Shown here piece by piece: positions 10,904 to 24,200 of a DNA stretch of 64,000 nucleotides; positions within the stretch are counted from its first letter, which is position 1, and every line of letters begins with the position of its first letter. The position numbers and the translations under genes are program-made. The stretch comes from Candidatus Poribacteria bacterium (lineage in GTDB: Bacteria; Poribacteria; WGA-4E; WGA-3G), in assembly GCA_963663765.2 (NCBI GenBank), contig CAXXUA010000003.1, positions 384,001-448,000 of the forward strand. The letters run 5' to 3'. Under the pieces are notes generated by a model. The model was given only the letters and a program-made list of their open reading frames with translations, was not told the DNA's origin and did no database searches.

Positions 10904-13285
10904 ATGCGTGAAATCTTATGCAAGAGACGGTGGCTAAATTGGAAGATTCTCCTGACGTGCCTACCGATACTGAATTTAGCCACCGTCTCTTTTGCCCAAA
11001 CAGACCCTCCTCCCGCAGTACCGACAGTGTGGTGGATCGCCCCAATTGGTGCTCTGATTGCTCTCGGTTTTGCATATCACTTCTATCGTTCCGTAATGAA
11101 ACAGGATGAAGGGAATGAAACAATGCGTGATATCGCGCAATCTGTCCGCGAAGGTGCAATGGCATACCTTAGACAACAATATAAAGTCGTTGGTATCGTT
11201 TTCGCTGTCCTCTGTCTCATCTTCATCTTCATGGCTTTTGTCCTTGATGCCCAAAATAAAGTTGTTCCGTTTGCATTTCTTACAGGTGGTTTTTTCTCAG
11301 GTCTCTGTGGCTTCTTGGGAATGAAAACCGCGACAAATGCCTCTGCACGCACTACAAGTGCGGCAATGCAAGGACTAAACGCGGGACTAAGAGTCTCGTT
11401 CCGCGCAGGTGCGGTTATGGGGCTGATCGTTGTCGGATTCGCTTTGCTGGACATAACAGGATGGTTTCTCATACTCTATTACATCTTTCCAAAGGTATTG
11501 CCCGGATTTTTAGATGTTAACCCATTACCACAGATTACAGTCATTATGCTCAGTTTCGGTATGGGTGCTTCAACGCAAGCACTGTTCGCACGCGTCGGCG
11601 GTGGTATCTATACCAAAGCAGCTGATGTGGGGGCAGACTTGGTGGGGAAAGTTGAAGCAGGAATCCCAGAAGACGATCCACGCAATCCTGCTGTCATCGC
11701 TGATAACGTTGGTGACAACGTTGGTGATGTTGCAGGCATGGGTGCTGATCTCTATGAGTCTTATGCGGGTTCAATCCTCGCAACCGCTGCACTTGGTGTC
11801 GCTGCAGCTGCTGCCCAAAATCATGGCATCGACATACAACTAAAATATCTCTCTGCCCCAATGATTATTGCGGGTATCGGTGTGCTCCTCTCTATTTTAG
11901 GTATCTATCTTGTGCGGACAAAAGAGGACGCGACAATGAAGCAGCTGATGGGTTCCTTGAACCTCGGCATCAACGGCAGCGCTTTCGGTATCGCTATAGC
12001 ATCACTTCCAGTGCTTTTTTACCTTGATCTTCCCAATAAGTGGCAGGTTTGGGGAGCAATTATCGCTGGACTCGTCGCAGGTCTGATTATCGGTAAGGTT
12101 ACCGAGATCTACACCTCTCACGAGTATAAACCAACTCGTGCCATCGCGAAGCAAGCGCAAACGGGACCTGCAACAGTCATCATTGAAGGCGTTGCTGTCG
12201 GTATGGAATCTACTGCAATCCCTGTCATCACAATTATCGCAGCAGTTGCCATTAGTTACTATCTGCCCGGTGGCACAAGCGAACCGCTTATGGGACTTTA
12301 CGGGGTCGGTATCGCTGCTGTCGGCATGCTTGCAACACTCGGTATTACACTTGCCACGGATGCTTACGGACCCATCGCAGACAACGCAGGTGGAAACGCT
12401 GAAATGGCAAAACTTGACGAAAGTGTCCGAGAACGAACAGATCAGTTAGACGCACTCGGTAATACGACCGCCGCTACAGGTAAGGGTTTTGCTATCGGTT
12501 CTGCAGCATTGACGGCACTTGCACTTCTCGCAGCCTATCTTGAAGAAATTCGGCACGGTCTGATCCAAGCAAAAAAGCACATTGACATTGATGGCGATGG
12601 CATTTCTACTTATATCAATGACGTTTTTGATAAGGGTGAAATTGTAGAGGCTACCGTGAACAATTTTATGGATTACTATAACGTCACCCTGATGAATCCG
12701 CAAGTCCTGATCGGTCTATTTATCGGTGCAGTCATGGCATTTTATTTCTGTGCGTTGACGATGAAAGCTGTCGGACGGGCTGCAGGTGCTATGGTAGAAG
12801 AAGTTCGACGCCAATTCCGTGAAAAACCGGGTATCATGAAAGGTGAAGAAAAACCAGATTACGCCCGATGTGTGAGTATCTCAACTGTAGGTGCACAACG
12901 TGAGATGATTTATCCATCTCTCATCGCCATCGTTGTACCTGTTGCTGTCGGATTGTTATTTAATGTTGCTGGTGTGTTAGGCTTGCTTGCAGGTTGTTTG
13001 GCAACAGGTTTCGTTTTGGCGATCATGATGGCAAATGCTGGCGGCGCATGGGATAACGCGAAAAAGTTTATCGAAGAAGGTAAACATGAAGAAGAATACG
13101 GGGGAAAAGGATCAGAACAGCACAAAGCCACCATTGTTGGGGATACCGTTGGTGACCCCTTCAAAGATACCTCAGGTCCTTCACTAAACATTCTAATTAA
13201 ATTAATGTCTATGGTCTCTGTTGTGTTTGCGGGTCTCATCGCAAAATATGGCGACGTGTTCAGCACTTGGTTAGGGATGCAATAA
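10904..13285 (+). CDS. hppA: Membrane-bound ion-translocating pyrophosphatase, K+-dependent type (likely Na+-PPase)
   Basis: DVGADLVGKVE, DNVGDNVGD, GDTVGDPFKD; GNTTAA has Ala at the K+-dependence position. Confidence 0.95.
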   Translation: MREILCKRRWLNWKILLTCLPILNLATVSFAQTDPPPAVPTVWWIAPIGALIALGFAYHFYRSVMKQDEGNETMRDIAQSVREGAMAYLRQQYKVVGIVFAVLCLIFIFMAFVLDAQNKVVPFAFLTGGFFSGLCGFLGMKTATNASARTTSAAMQGLNAGLRVSFRAGAVMGLIVVGFALLDITGWFLILYYIFPKVLPGFLDVNPLPQITVIMLSFGMGASTQALFARVGGGIYTKAADVGADLVGKVEAGIPEDDPRNPAVIADNVGDNVGDVAGMGADLYESYAGSILATAALGVAAAAAQNHGIDIQLKYLSAPMIIAGIGVLLSILGIYLVRTKEDATMKQLMGSLNLGINGSAFGIAIASLPVLFYLDLPNKWQVWGAIIAGLVAGLIIGKVTEIYTSHEYKPTRAIAKQAQTGPATVIIEGVAVGMESTAIPVITIIAAVAISYYLPGGTSEPLMGLYGVGIAAVGMLATLGITLATDAYGPIADNAGGNAEMAKLDESVRERTDQLDALGNTTAATGKGFAIGSAALTALALLAAYLEEIRHGLIQAKKHIDIDGDGISTYINDVFDKGEIVEATVNNFMDYYNVTLMNPQVLIGLFIGAVMAFYFCALTMKAVGRAAGAMVEEVRRQFREKPGIMKGEEKPDYARCVSISTVGAQREMIYPSLIAIVVPVAVGLLFNVAGVLGLLAGCLATGFVLAIMMANAGGAWDNAKKFIEEGKHEEEYGGKGSEQHKATIVGDTVGDPFKDTSGPSLNILIKLMSMVSVVFAGLIAKYGDVFSTWLGMQ

Positions 13286-13338
13286 TAATAGTTGGCATCA
13301 CTAATGAAATCTGACAATCAAAATCGGTAGTTGAATAC

Positions 13339-13577
13339 GTAGGGGTTGGGTTCCCCAACCCCTTTGGTTTGTGAGTTTCCGTAGATCGGACCGGACGTGG
13401 AAACCACACCCCATAGGCGTCAATTTAAGGATTTTGACCTCTTGTGGGAGGGGTTTTCAACCCCGATTTGACAGAAAATAAACATAAACTCGGGGTTGAA
13501 AACCCCTCCCACAAGAAAAAATGCCAACACTACTTCTTAAATTGACGCCTATAGGGCGTGGAAACCACGGCTCTACG
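13339..13577. mobile_element. Nested REP/MITE (taggcgtcaatttaag TIR element at 13412-13553 inside a GTAG REP)
   Basis: TIRs cataggcgtcaatttaag / cttaaattgacgcctatag; internal gtgggaggggttttcaaccccg REP pair; recurs at 46743 and 51498. Confidence 0.75.
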
Positions 13578-13616
13578 AATACCCAATTTGAACGTCAAAG
13601 TTCATAAGGAGAAAAT

Positions 13617-14150
13617 ATGAAAATAAAACATACTTTCGGAATATTCCTGGGTTTATTCGTCCTTTTAACATTAGGGTTAACAATAGGGTGTCAGCAAATG
13701 CAAAACCAGATGAAGGGGGATCCTAATAATACTTCCGTATCCGTTTCCATTGATGACGTTGACCCAACTGATTTGATTTATACAGGGGAAGTTTTTATCG
13801 GAGATGCAGGAAACAGATTTGGAACAGACGAATTTGCCTTGAATTCTGCGACCATCACAGATGATATGTTAACTGTCAGTGTATCTTACAGCGGTGGGTG
13901 TGAAGAACATCAATTTACTTTAGTCGCTTCGGATTCATTCCTTGAATCATTTCCTGTTCAACTTCATGTTTACCTTGCACACAATGCTAACGGTGACAAC
14001 TGTGAAGCATATCCAACTGAAAGTTATCAGTTTGACCTCACGCCAATCAAAACGATGTATCAAGAGGGTTACCAACAGGAAGCAGGCACGATTGTTTTAC
14101 ATCTCAAAGATGCTCCAGACGGTGAACTAATCTATGAATTTACAATGTAG
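13617..14150 (+). CDS. Predicted lipoprotein (NigD-C-like beta domain)
   Basis: AAGGAG RBS; lipobox LTIGC; YSGGC..H.FTL, HNANGDNCEA, FDLTP motifs. Confidence 0.75.
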   Translation: MKIKHTFGIFLGLFVLLTLGLTIGCQQMQNQMKGDPNNTSVSVSIDDVDPTDLIYTGEVFIGDAGNRFGTDEFALNSATITDDMLTVSVSYSGGCEEHQFTLVASDSFLESFPVQLHVYLAHNANGDNCEAYPTESYQFDLTPIKTMYQEGYQQEAGTIVLHLKDAPDGELIYEFTM

Positions 14151-14360
14151 TGCTTAGTCACGTGCTTATTGACGGATCTAAAAAGAAGTCGGGAATCGGA
14201 GTTCCCTCCTACAATACCAAGATTTCTGTAGGATCGATCTCCGATTCACGACCTACGAAAATATGTTGACTAAGCAGTAGTCAACATTATTAAAATCTTT
14301 CTAAATGAATACTTCTCTGTATCAGATTACCCCTATTTATCCTTGTAGGAGAACAAGCCA

Positions 14361-16040
14361 ATGTCCAACAAACTGAAACCCCGAAGTTATGTGATTACTG
14401 ATGGACCCGACCGCGCTGCTGCACGTACCATGCTTATGTTCGGTGATGGTGGTCTTTCTCCAGAAGATCTTGACAAACCGATTATCGGCGTAGCAAATAC
14501 ATGGATTGAGATCGGTCCTTGTAATTTTCATTTACGGAGACTCGCTGCGAAGGTCAAACAAGGAATTCGTGATGCAGGCGGAACACCTCTTGAATTCAAC
14601 ACCGTTAGCATCTCCGATGGTATCACAATGGGTACAGAGGGCATGAAAACCTCACTTATCAGCCGGGAAATTGTCGCCGACTCAATTGAATTAGTCTCCA
14701 TCGGCAACATGTTTGATGCAGTTGTCACGCTCTGCGGTTGCGACAAGACCGTTCCCGGTACCGTTATGGCATTAGCACGTTTGGATATTCCATCTCTCAC
14801 GTTATACGGTGGTTCAATTATGCCGGGTAAATTCCAAGGACGTGATGTCACTATACAAGATGTTTTTGAAGCGGTCGGTCAACATGCAGAAGGCACAATC
14901 ACAGTAGAAGAATTGGACGATCTGATTAGCAAAGGGTGTCCCGGTCCCGGTGCATGTGGAGGTCAATTCACTGCGAATACGATGGCAACTGCTGTTGAAA
15001 TGCTGGGTATCGCACCGATGGGCAGCGGTAGTGTCCCTGCTGCAGTAGAAGAAAAGGACGACGAGGCATACAAAGCGGGACAACTCGTTATGGATATGCT
15101 CAATGCTGACCGTAGACCGAGCCAAATTATCACACGAAAATCTCTTGAAAACGCTATAACCTCTGTTGCAGCGACAGGCGGTTCTACCAACGGTGTTCTG
15201 CATCTACTCGCTATCGCATACGAAGCACAAATCCCTTTGACGCTTGAAGACTTCCACACTATTAGCCAGAGAACACCTGTATTAGCCGACTTGAAACCCG
15301 GTGGACAGTATGTTGCAACCGATCTATATGAAGCAGGCGGGATTCAGTTCTTAACCAAACGTTTGGCAGAAGCAGGATTACTCCACACCGATGAACTTAC
15401 CGTCACAGGAAGGACGATCGGTGAAGAAGCGAACGCTGCCACTGAAACTACAGGACAGAAAGTTGTCCTCCCTGTAGACGAACCTCTCAAACCCACCGGT
15501 GGATTTGCTATCTTAAGAGGTAATCTCGCACCAGATGGATGTGTCATCAAGTTAGCAGGTCAGAAAAAAACGATCCATCGCGGTCCTGCACGTATCTTTG
15601 AACGTGAAGAGGACACATTCGCTGCAATCAAAGGCGGGGAAATTAAACCCGGTGATGTTGTTGTCATCCGATATGAGGGACCTATCGGAGGTCCCGGCAT
15701 GCGTGAGATGTTAGGTGTTACCGCAGCACTCGTCGGTGCAGGTTTGAGCGAAGATGTTGCACTACTAACCGATGGCAGATTCTCTGGCGCAACACACGGC
15801 TTTATGATCTGTCATGTTGCCCCTGAAGCTGCAACGGGTGGTCCTATTGCCATCCTTCAAGAGGGTGACGAAATCGTGATTGACGCAAAAGCACGAAGAC
15901 TTGATGTCACACTCACCGATGCTGAAATACAAGCACGTCTTGAAAAGTGGACACCTCCCGAACCTCCCTACACACGCGGTGTCATGGCGAAATACGCAAA
16001 CTCTGTTTCGTCTGCATCTGAAGGTGCTGTGACAGGATAA
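14361..16040 (+). CDS. ilvD: Dihydroxy-acid dehydratase
   Basis: [35 protein letters not shown]. Confidence 0.97.
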   Translation: MSNKLKPRSYVITDGPDRAAARTMLMFGDGGLSPEDLDKPIIGVANTWIEIGPCNFHLRRLAAKVKQGIRDAGGTPLEFNTVSISDGITMGTEGMKTSLISREIVADSIELVSIGNMFDAVVTLCGCDKTVPGTVMALARLDIPSLTLYGGSIMPGKFQGRDVTIQDVFEAVGQHAEGTITVEELDDLISKGCPGPGACGGQFTANTMATAVEMLGIAPMGSGSVPAAVEEKDDEAYKAGQLVMDMLNADRRPSQIITRKSLENAITSVAATGGSTNGVLHLLAIAYEAQIPLTLEDFHTISQRTPVLADLKPGGQYVATDLYEAGGIQFLTKRLAEAGLLHTDELTVTGRTIGEEANAATETTGQKVVLPVDEPLKPTGGFAILRGNLAPDGCVIKLAGQKKTIHRGPARIFEREEDTFAAIKGGEIKPGDVVVIRYEGPIGGPGMREMLGVTAALVGAGLSEDVALLTDGRFSGATHGFMICHVAPEAATGGPIAILQEGDEIVIDAKARRLDVTLTDAEIQARLEKWTPPEPPYTRGVMAKYANSVSSASEGAVTG

Positions 16041-16081
16041 AATCTGGCGGTTCATGAAAAGAATGAGTGCTATCGGGAATT

Positions 16082-16217
16082 TATAGTGAAATCCAAAAAT
16101 ATGTTTACACATCTTCTGTAGGAGCGATCTCCGAATCGCGACTATGGGTATGTATGGTCGGGAATCGGAGTTCCCTCCTACAAACAAACTGTCAAGGTAA
16201 TTGTAAAATCCACTATA
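16082..16217. mobile_element. MITE with TATAGTG(G/A) ends carrying a gtaggagcgatctccgaatcgcgac REP pair
   Basis: Recurs at 53302-53440 and inverted at 61472-61607. Confidence 0.7.
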
Positions 16218-16284
16218 AACCCGTATGCCCATTATGTTCATTGAAAACAACAGCATACACTTTTTACATGAACGTAAGATTCTT

Positions 16285-17184
16285 ATGGATCAATATATTA
16301 TTAGGATTTACGCAGTTTTCTTGATTTAATCAAGAATTATGATGAAAATGATGCAATTATCAACATTTTTATGGGTTCCCAGCGCGCTTACAAAGCGCGC
16401 CTACCGTTGTGTGCGTAAGTCCTGTATTATTATCCTAATCGTCTCCACAATGCTATTGTCTTGTCAATCAAAGGAAGCAGAAACCGTCATAGATAAACAT
16501 CAAAAGCACCCCCGTGTCCGTACAGCCATGTTAGAAAAGGACAGTTTACTCCGCAAACGGTTTGAAGACAAAGGACTTATATATCCCCCTCAGAATCTGT
16601 TTATCCGAGTTTTCAAACAAGAAAAAGTTTTAGAAGTTTGGACTTTATCGGGATCAGATGACATCTTCAAAAAAGTCTACGACTATCCAATCTGCCGCAC
16701 CTCGGGCAGTTTAGGTCCAAAAAGACAAGAAGGTGATTTACAGATACCGGAAGGATTTTATTATATTGACCGGTTTAATCCCAAAAGCAATTTCTATCTC
16801 TCTCTTGGAATCAATTATCCAAACCGTTCTGATCAGATTTTGGGCAAAAAAGGTGATTTAGGAGGAGATATATTCCTGCATGGTGGGTGTGCTACCATTG
16901 GTTGTGTTCCAATCACCGATGAATATATCAAGGAGGTATACTTGTTAGCGGTGCATGCAAAGTCTAACGGTCAGGCAAAAATTCCTGTCCACATTTTCCC
17001 ATCAAGATTAGATAAACGCACGATGTCACAGTTGATCAAAAAGTCTGGTACAGATGCAAACTTGGTTAGTTTCTGGGAAAATCTACAGATCGGATATCAG
17101 TGGTTTGAAAAACACCGCAACCTACCAAAAATCTCAGTAAATTCAGATGGCAAATATCAGTTCTCAACTTCTACATCACAATAA
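16285..17184 (+). CDS. L,D-transpeptidase (YkuD)-family lipoprotein, YafK/DpaA-like, interrupted by a MITE
   Basis: GPKRQEGDLQIPEGFY, YLSLGINYPN, IFLHGGCATIGC; removing the MITE restores MDQYIIILIVSTMLLSC. Confidence 0.85.
16302..16424. mobile_element. CAGGACTTACGCA-family MITE inserted in a gene 5' end
   Basis: TIRs taggatttacgca / tgcgtaagtcctg; 6-bp TSD tattat. Confidence 0.85.
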
Positions 17185-17289
17185 AAGGTATTAAATCATA
17201 TAGAGCGTATCTCATAAATATTAAAATGGTTTGATTTTTTTTAATTTCTCATCATCTCTGCTAAACTATATCTATTTTTACTATAAGTA

Positions 17290-18231
17290 ATACCATTTCC
17301 GTTTGATAATGTCTCATTAGCAGCGGAAATCTGGTAGGAGCAACTTCACGGTCGCGACCGGGAGGTCGCTCCTACCGAAGAGAGTAACACCCTGCCAATA
17401 AACAGTAGAATTCCTTAATGAGACAAGATTTATGAGAATGGGTATAATAACATTTTCATCGGATAATGTCTCATTAGCAGCGGAAATCTGGTAGGAGCAA
17501 CATCACGGTCGCGACCGGGAGGTCGCTCCTACCGAAGAGAGTAACCCCCTGCCAGTAAACAGTAGAATTCCTTAATGAGACAAGATTTATTAGAATGAGT
17601 ATAATAACATTTTCAAGGGATAATGTCTCATTAGCAGCGGAAATCGGGTAGGAGCAACTTCACGGTCGCGACCGGGAGGGCGCTCCTACCGAAGAGAGTA
17701 ACACCCTGCCAGTAAACAGTAGAATTCCATAATGAGAAAAGATTTATTAGAATGGGTATAATAACATTTTCATCGGATAATGTCTCATTAGCAGCGGAAA
17801 TCTGGTAGGAGCAACATCACGGTCGCGACCGGGAGGTCGCTCCTACCGAAGAGAGTAACACCCTGCCAATAAACAGAAGAATTCCTTAATGAGACAAGAT
17901 TTATTAGAATGGGTATAATAACATTTTCATCGGATAATGTCTCATTAGCAGCGGAAATCTGGTAGGAGCAACATCACGGTCGCGACCGGGAGGTCGCTCC
18001 TACCGAAGAGAGTAACACCCTGCCAATAAACAGAAGAATTCCTTAATGAGACAAGATTTATTAGAATGGGTATAATAACATTTTCATCGGATAATGTCTC
18101 ATTAGCAGCGGAAATCTGGTAGGAGCAACATCACGGTCGCGACCGAGAGGTCGCTCCTACCGAAGAGAGTAACACCCTGCCAGTAAACAGTAGAATTCCT
18201 TAATGAGACAAGATTTATTAGAATTGGTATA
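17290..18231 (+). repeat. Head-to-tail array of six 157-bp MITE units
   Basis: gtctcattag at 17311, 17468, 17625, 17782, 17939 and 18096; internal GTAG REP pair. Confidence 0.95.
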
Positions 18232-18268
18232 AGCATCAGCATTCCAGCTATCATAAGGTCCTATGATA

Positions 18269-21200
18269 CTACTTCACAATCAACATCTTACGCAGATATG
18301 AATAGTCCCCTGCCTTCAGTTGATAAAAATAAACACCATTCGCAACGCGTTCGCCGACTGCATTCCGACCATCCCAATACCCCGCACGACTCCGATCCGT
18401 GTAATATCCCGCTTGTTTCTGACCAAGATCTAAATGACGCACGATATTGCCTTGAATATCGTAGATCGTGATAGAAACAACACTCGGTTTATTGAGTTGA
18501 TAAGGAATCCACGTTTCAGGATTGAACGGGTTTGGGAAGTTCGGAAGCAGTGCAGTTGTTTCTGGTCGCTGCGAGTCAGCACTGCTTTGCAGCGAAGGTG
18601 CTCCAGTTCCTTCATCATCAGGGAGAACCTCTAACGGCTGATCGCTACTGTTATTGAAGGCATAGCCTGAATGGCCAGAGGGTAATGAAGGATACATTGT
18701 AGCATCAATGCTCACACCTATACGAGATACTGATATAGTCGTTGCATCAGTATCAACTACAAATGTGTCACTATAAATGCTTCCAGCTGAAATAGTGGGC
18801 TGCTGGGAACGAATTCCGACAAGCCACTCACCACAAAAACCGAACAGACATAACTTCACATGTGTTAGGACATCCACCTGCATATCAAAGGGTGCTGCTG
18901 TGTTCACTTTCACCCTAACGTCCGCGGTTTTAATATCGCTATCGCTATCAGCAACCCTTTCCATTGACAAAACAATTGCTGGTGTTCCAGAATTACCAGA
19001 AAGGTCTAAGGTGCTTAAGGATAACCCACTGAAGATACCATCAGGAAGAGAGGTTCCTAATAAATTATCACTGAGGTCGAGGGATGTCAGTGAACTCATC
19101 CCATTAAAATCACCAGTGGACAGCGATGAAATTGACTTACTTGAAAGATTCAACGCGGTAATACTTGCAAGGTGGGCACCTGTGATGTCGCTTGCAGAAG
19201 TCACCCCATCAATAGCGGCAACGATAGCATCTCTAACAGCAGCAGTGCGGTCAGCGACTGCAGGGGACGGTCCTCCAATAACATTGATCGTAACACGCGT
19301 TGTCGCTTTCAGTCCAGCCGTATCCGTTGCCTCTATGTCAACACTAAAAGTTCCAGCTGCCAATTCGGCTTTGTTTTGGAGTTGCGCTGTTGCCTGAACC
19401 GCGTACCCATCCGAACCGGTATAGGCTGCGGTTGTCGTCGTGGTAAGTTGGAACAAATCGACATTCGTGCCGCCAAGTGAGAAGGTAAGCGTATCGCTAT
19501 CATCATAGTCGTAAGCAGTATAAATGGAACCTAAATTTGTGCTGGCAGCATTCCCAGCATTGAAACTTAATGTCGGTTCATTATCTGATGAAATAAGCGG
19601 AATCTCATTGGTATCGATCACAGTGACCGTTACCGAGATGGAATCGCTTCCATTGTTGGTGTCCGTTGCTGTAATCGTTAGCGTATGAGATGCTGTAGTT
19701 TCATGGTCTAAACCAATACCCTGCAACTGACCACTGGATTGAATTCGGAAAAGAGATGATGAATTGGTAATAGCATAAGTGAGTGTATCGTTATCCGCAT
19801 CCGTTGCAGTGATCGGATCCCCAATATTTTCCCATGATAATGACAGAACATCTGCTGTATAAGCTGTCTCATCAATGGAGCGGGTGACGGATTCACCGTC
19901 AGTGAAAGTAGGGTCGTTGTTCTCGGTTACATTGGTAATGTTGATGGTCACCGTGATAGTGTCTTTGCCATTGTTCGGCTTCGCATCAGATGCTGTAATG
20001 ATGACGGTATAAGAAGTCTTCGTTTCAAAATCAAAAGTTGTAGCAGTCGTCAGCTGCCCGGTTGAACTATTCACACTAAACGATGCAGCATCTGTCCCAC
20101 TCAGCGAATAGGACACCGTGTCACCACTGTCTGGATCAGTCGCCGTGAAGGCAGGACCGACGTTGCTACCAGATGCAGTATTTTCCGGTATGGAACGGGT
20201 AGCGGTTGCGCCATCACTGAACGCAGGAGGTTCGTTCGCCACCTCCGTCACGTCCGTAACTTTGATCGTCACCGCAATGGAGTCTGTGCCTTGATTCCCA
20301 TCAGATACAGAGAGCGTAACAGAATAGGAATTCTTCGTCTCATAATCCAAGTCCGCCTTCGTCTTGATTTGACCAGAAGTGCTAACAACATCAAACGAAG
20401 CAGCATCCGTGCCACTCAGCGTGTAGGTTAACGTGTTCGCGGGTTCATCCTCATCTGTTGCAGCAACAGTCGAACCGATATTCGAATCTTCCACCGTATT
20501 TTCAGCAACAGTTAGAGTAACGCTTGTGCCATCCGTAAAGACAGGCGCATCGTTGATATCGTTGACGTTGATTGTAACTGTCGTAGTCCTATTGTTAGAA
20601 CCGTCCGTCACACTTATGAATACTGTATAAGAGTCTTTCGTTTCATGGTTGAGTGCGGCACTCGTTTGTAGCTGCCCAGTTGAACTGACAATAGTGAAAG
20701 AGTCGTTATCCCGTTGTCCTGATGGCAAACTGTAAGTCAGTTCATCATTCTCGTCCGGATCCGTTGCACTGACAGGTGAACCGATATTTGTACCAGATGC
20801 CGTATTTTCGTCAACAGAACGCGTAATGGTAGCAAACAAATTAACCGACAACTCATCGAATTCAGGTGGCTGACTCCCAGGGAAATACTGACCGACATTG
20901 ATTGTCACTGTGATGCTATCGGAAAGCGGTGTATCCGTATCCGCATCTGTATCTGTTTCATTATCAGTGGCAGTAACGACCACCGAATAGGTTCTCTTGG
21001 TATCAAAGTCAAGTTCAACAGCAGTTCTCAACTGTCCTGTGGTAGAATCAATCGTAAATGACGCAGCATCGGTGCCACTGAGCGTGTAGTTCAGGACATC
21101 TCTATCCTGATCAACTGCGTCAACAGGATTACCCACAATTGTGCCGATAGCAACCTCTTCGCCAACAGTTCGGGTCGTTGTTGTGCCTTCATCAAATTCT

Positions 21201-24200
21201 GGCGCATCATTTGCATCCGTAACATTAATTGTCACCGCGATAGTATCTGAGAGATTACCATCCGATACAGTGATCGTCACTGAATATGAGGCTTTCGTTT
21301 CATAGTCAAGTGCGGCACTCGTTTGCAGCTGCCCGGTGCTACCAACAATACTAAAGGATGCCGCATCCGTACCGCTGAGCGAGTATGTCAATGTGGTGCC
21401 TGGATCAGCATCTGTTGCAGTAACTGCACTGCCGATGTTCGTTCCTGATGCAGAATTTTCTGCGACTGAACGCGATGTGCTCGTACCTGCGACTGAACGC
21501 GATATGCTCGTACCATTAGTGAACACAGGGGCGTTCTGAGTCACAACCTCGTTTAAGTCTGTAACACTAATCGTAACCGTAATATCGGTTGAATTCGTGC
21601 CATCCGAAGCAGTGACGGTCACCGTATACGATGGCTTCGTTTCAAAGTCAATTGCGGTACTCGTCGTCAGCTGCCCCGTTGTTCTACTAATACTAAAGGA
21701 TGCCGCATCCGTGCCACCCAACGTATATGTCAATGATTCACCTTCTGGGTCAGTCGCACTCAAAGCACTTCCGACACTCGTCCCTGTACTGACGTTCTCT
21801 GCGATAGCACGCGTTGCACTTGAACCATCCGAAAATGATGGTGCTTCATTCACATCCGTTACCTTGATGTTCAATGAAAGCGTGTCAGTGGCACCTTTAA
21901 GGTCAGTCACTGTCAGGACTATGGAATAGTCTTCTTTCGTTTCATAGTCCAATTCTGTATTTGTATATACCTCAGTAATACTAAATGTAACGAGGGGTCC
22001 ACCAATAAATATAGCCGTTAAATCGAGTCTACCGTTATCGCTAACGGTAAACAGAGCGGCATCTGGACCACCAATAGAACTTCTCATCTTATTTTGATGG
22101 CTTATGTCTTCATCTGCCACATAGATTGCTGCAACGAGCGATCCTATATCTGAATTCTCCGCAATTTCAAACTCTCTCACATTGTCCATAATATCTATGA
22201 ATGTGTAGAGTGGTTCAGGATATGTTTCACCAAGATGCGCATCAGCGAAGAAAGGGGAATGGTTGTTATACGCATGGTTCCCGTGTGCACTGATCAGATG
22301 AACATTCACGGTAATCGTATCTGTGCCTCCATTGCTATCTGATACCGTTATTGTCACCGTAGATTTTCTGAATGCGTCATCCCAATAACTGAAACCAACA
22401 CCGCCTACTTTGACTGACAGCTGGCCTGTTGCGCTATTAATGTTGAACCTATTGGCATGTGTACCACTCAGGCTATAGGTCAACGTATCATTATTCGCAT
22501 CGGTCGCAGTAATGGGATCACCGACATTTGTACCTGCATTCGGTTGTGATTCAATTAAACGATACGTGCTATCCCCTTCGGTGAAGACAGGTGCAACGTT
22601 CGGTCCAACAACTTCTGTAACATCGGTTACATTGATAGTGACGGTAATGCTATCCGTGCCACCATTGCCATCGGAAACATTCACCGTGACGGTATAGGAG
22701 GTTTTCGTTTCATAATCCAAGGCTGCATTTGTTTGGAGTTGTCCGGTTGTGCCAACGATTGTGAACGAAGCTGCATCCGTGCCACCTAACGTGTAAGTAA
22801 GCGTATCCGTGAGATCTTGATCCGTCGCAGCAACAGGCGTACCGATATTCGATCCGCTTTCTGTATTTTCTGCGACAGACCGCGTTGTGCTAAGACCATC
22901 GGTAAAAGTAGGAGCATTGTTTGTGATGACTGGCGTTTGTTCTGTGCTTTCGTTTTCTACGTCGGTCACATTGATCGTGACAGAAATGCTATCGCTACCA
23001 CCTCTGCCATCGGAAACATTCACCGTGACGGAATAGGAGGTTTTCGTTTCATAATTCAAGGCTGCATTTGTTTGGAGTTGTCCGGTTGTGCCAACGATTG
23101 TGAACGAAGCTGCATCCGTGCCACCTAACGTGTAAGTAAGCGTATCCGTGAGATCTTGATCCGTCGCAGCAACAGGCGTACCGATATTCGATCCGCTTTC
23201 TGTATTTTCTGCGACAGAGCGCGTTGTGCTAAGACCATCGGTAAAAGTAGGTGCATTGTTGCTTGGTGTTTCTGGTACGTTTCTCTCAACTTGTTGTTGT
23301 GTGCCTTCATTTTTGACATCGGTCACATTGATGGTAACGTTGATGCTATCGCTACCACCTTCGCCATCAGAAACGGTGACCGTTACTGAATACGAGTTCT
23401 TCCGCTCATAATTCAGAGCATTTTTCGTTTGCAGCTGCCCGGTTGTGCTCACAATATCAAATGTAGCAGCATCCGTGCCACTCAACGTGTAGGTGAGGGT
23501 GTCATCACCGTTTGCATCAGTTGCCTCAACGGGTGTGCCGATATTCGTGCCGGCTGCTGTGTTTTCTGCAATAGAACGTGTGGTTGACGTGCCATCTGTG
23601 AACACGGGTGCTACGTTTTCAACTACATCGGTTACATCAATAGTAACAGTAATCGTATCACTCAGGTTATTATCAGTGACATTGACTATGACCGTATATG
23701 AGTCCTTTGTTTCAAAGTCCAGTGGTGCTCTTGTTTGAAGTTGTCCTGTGGAAGCAACAATTGTGAACGAAGATGCATCTGTGCCAGTCAATGAATAGAC
23801 AAGTGTATCAGAACTATTTCCATCCGTAGCAGCTACTGGTGTGCCGATGTTCGTGCCGGGTGCGGTGTTTTCTGCAATAGAACGTGTGGTTGACGTGCCA
23901 TCTGTGAACACGGGTGCCACGTTTTCAACTACATCGGTTACATCAATAGTAACAGTAATCGTATCACTCAGGTTATTATCAGTGACATTGACTATGACCG
24001 TATATGAGTCCTTTGTTTCAAAGTCCAGTGCTGCTCTTGTTTGAAGTTGTCCTGTGGAAGCAACAATTGTGAACGAAGATGCATCTGTGCCAGACAATGA
24101 ATAGACATGTGTATCAGTACTATTTCCATCCGTAGCGGAAACAGGCGAACCGATGTTCGTGCCGGGTGCAGTGTTTTCTGCGATGGAACGTGTAGCATCT

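Noticed and set aside
17290-18231. 157-bp arrays as tRNA/ncRNA cluster or integron attC array
   Set aside because: No cloverleaf motifs and no cassettes between units; solo copies interrupt genes like MITEs
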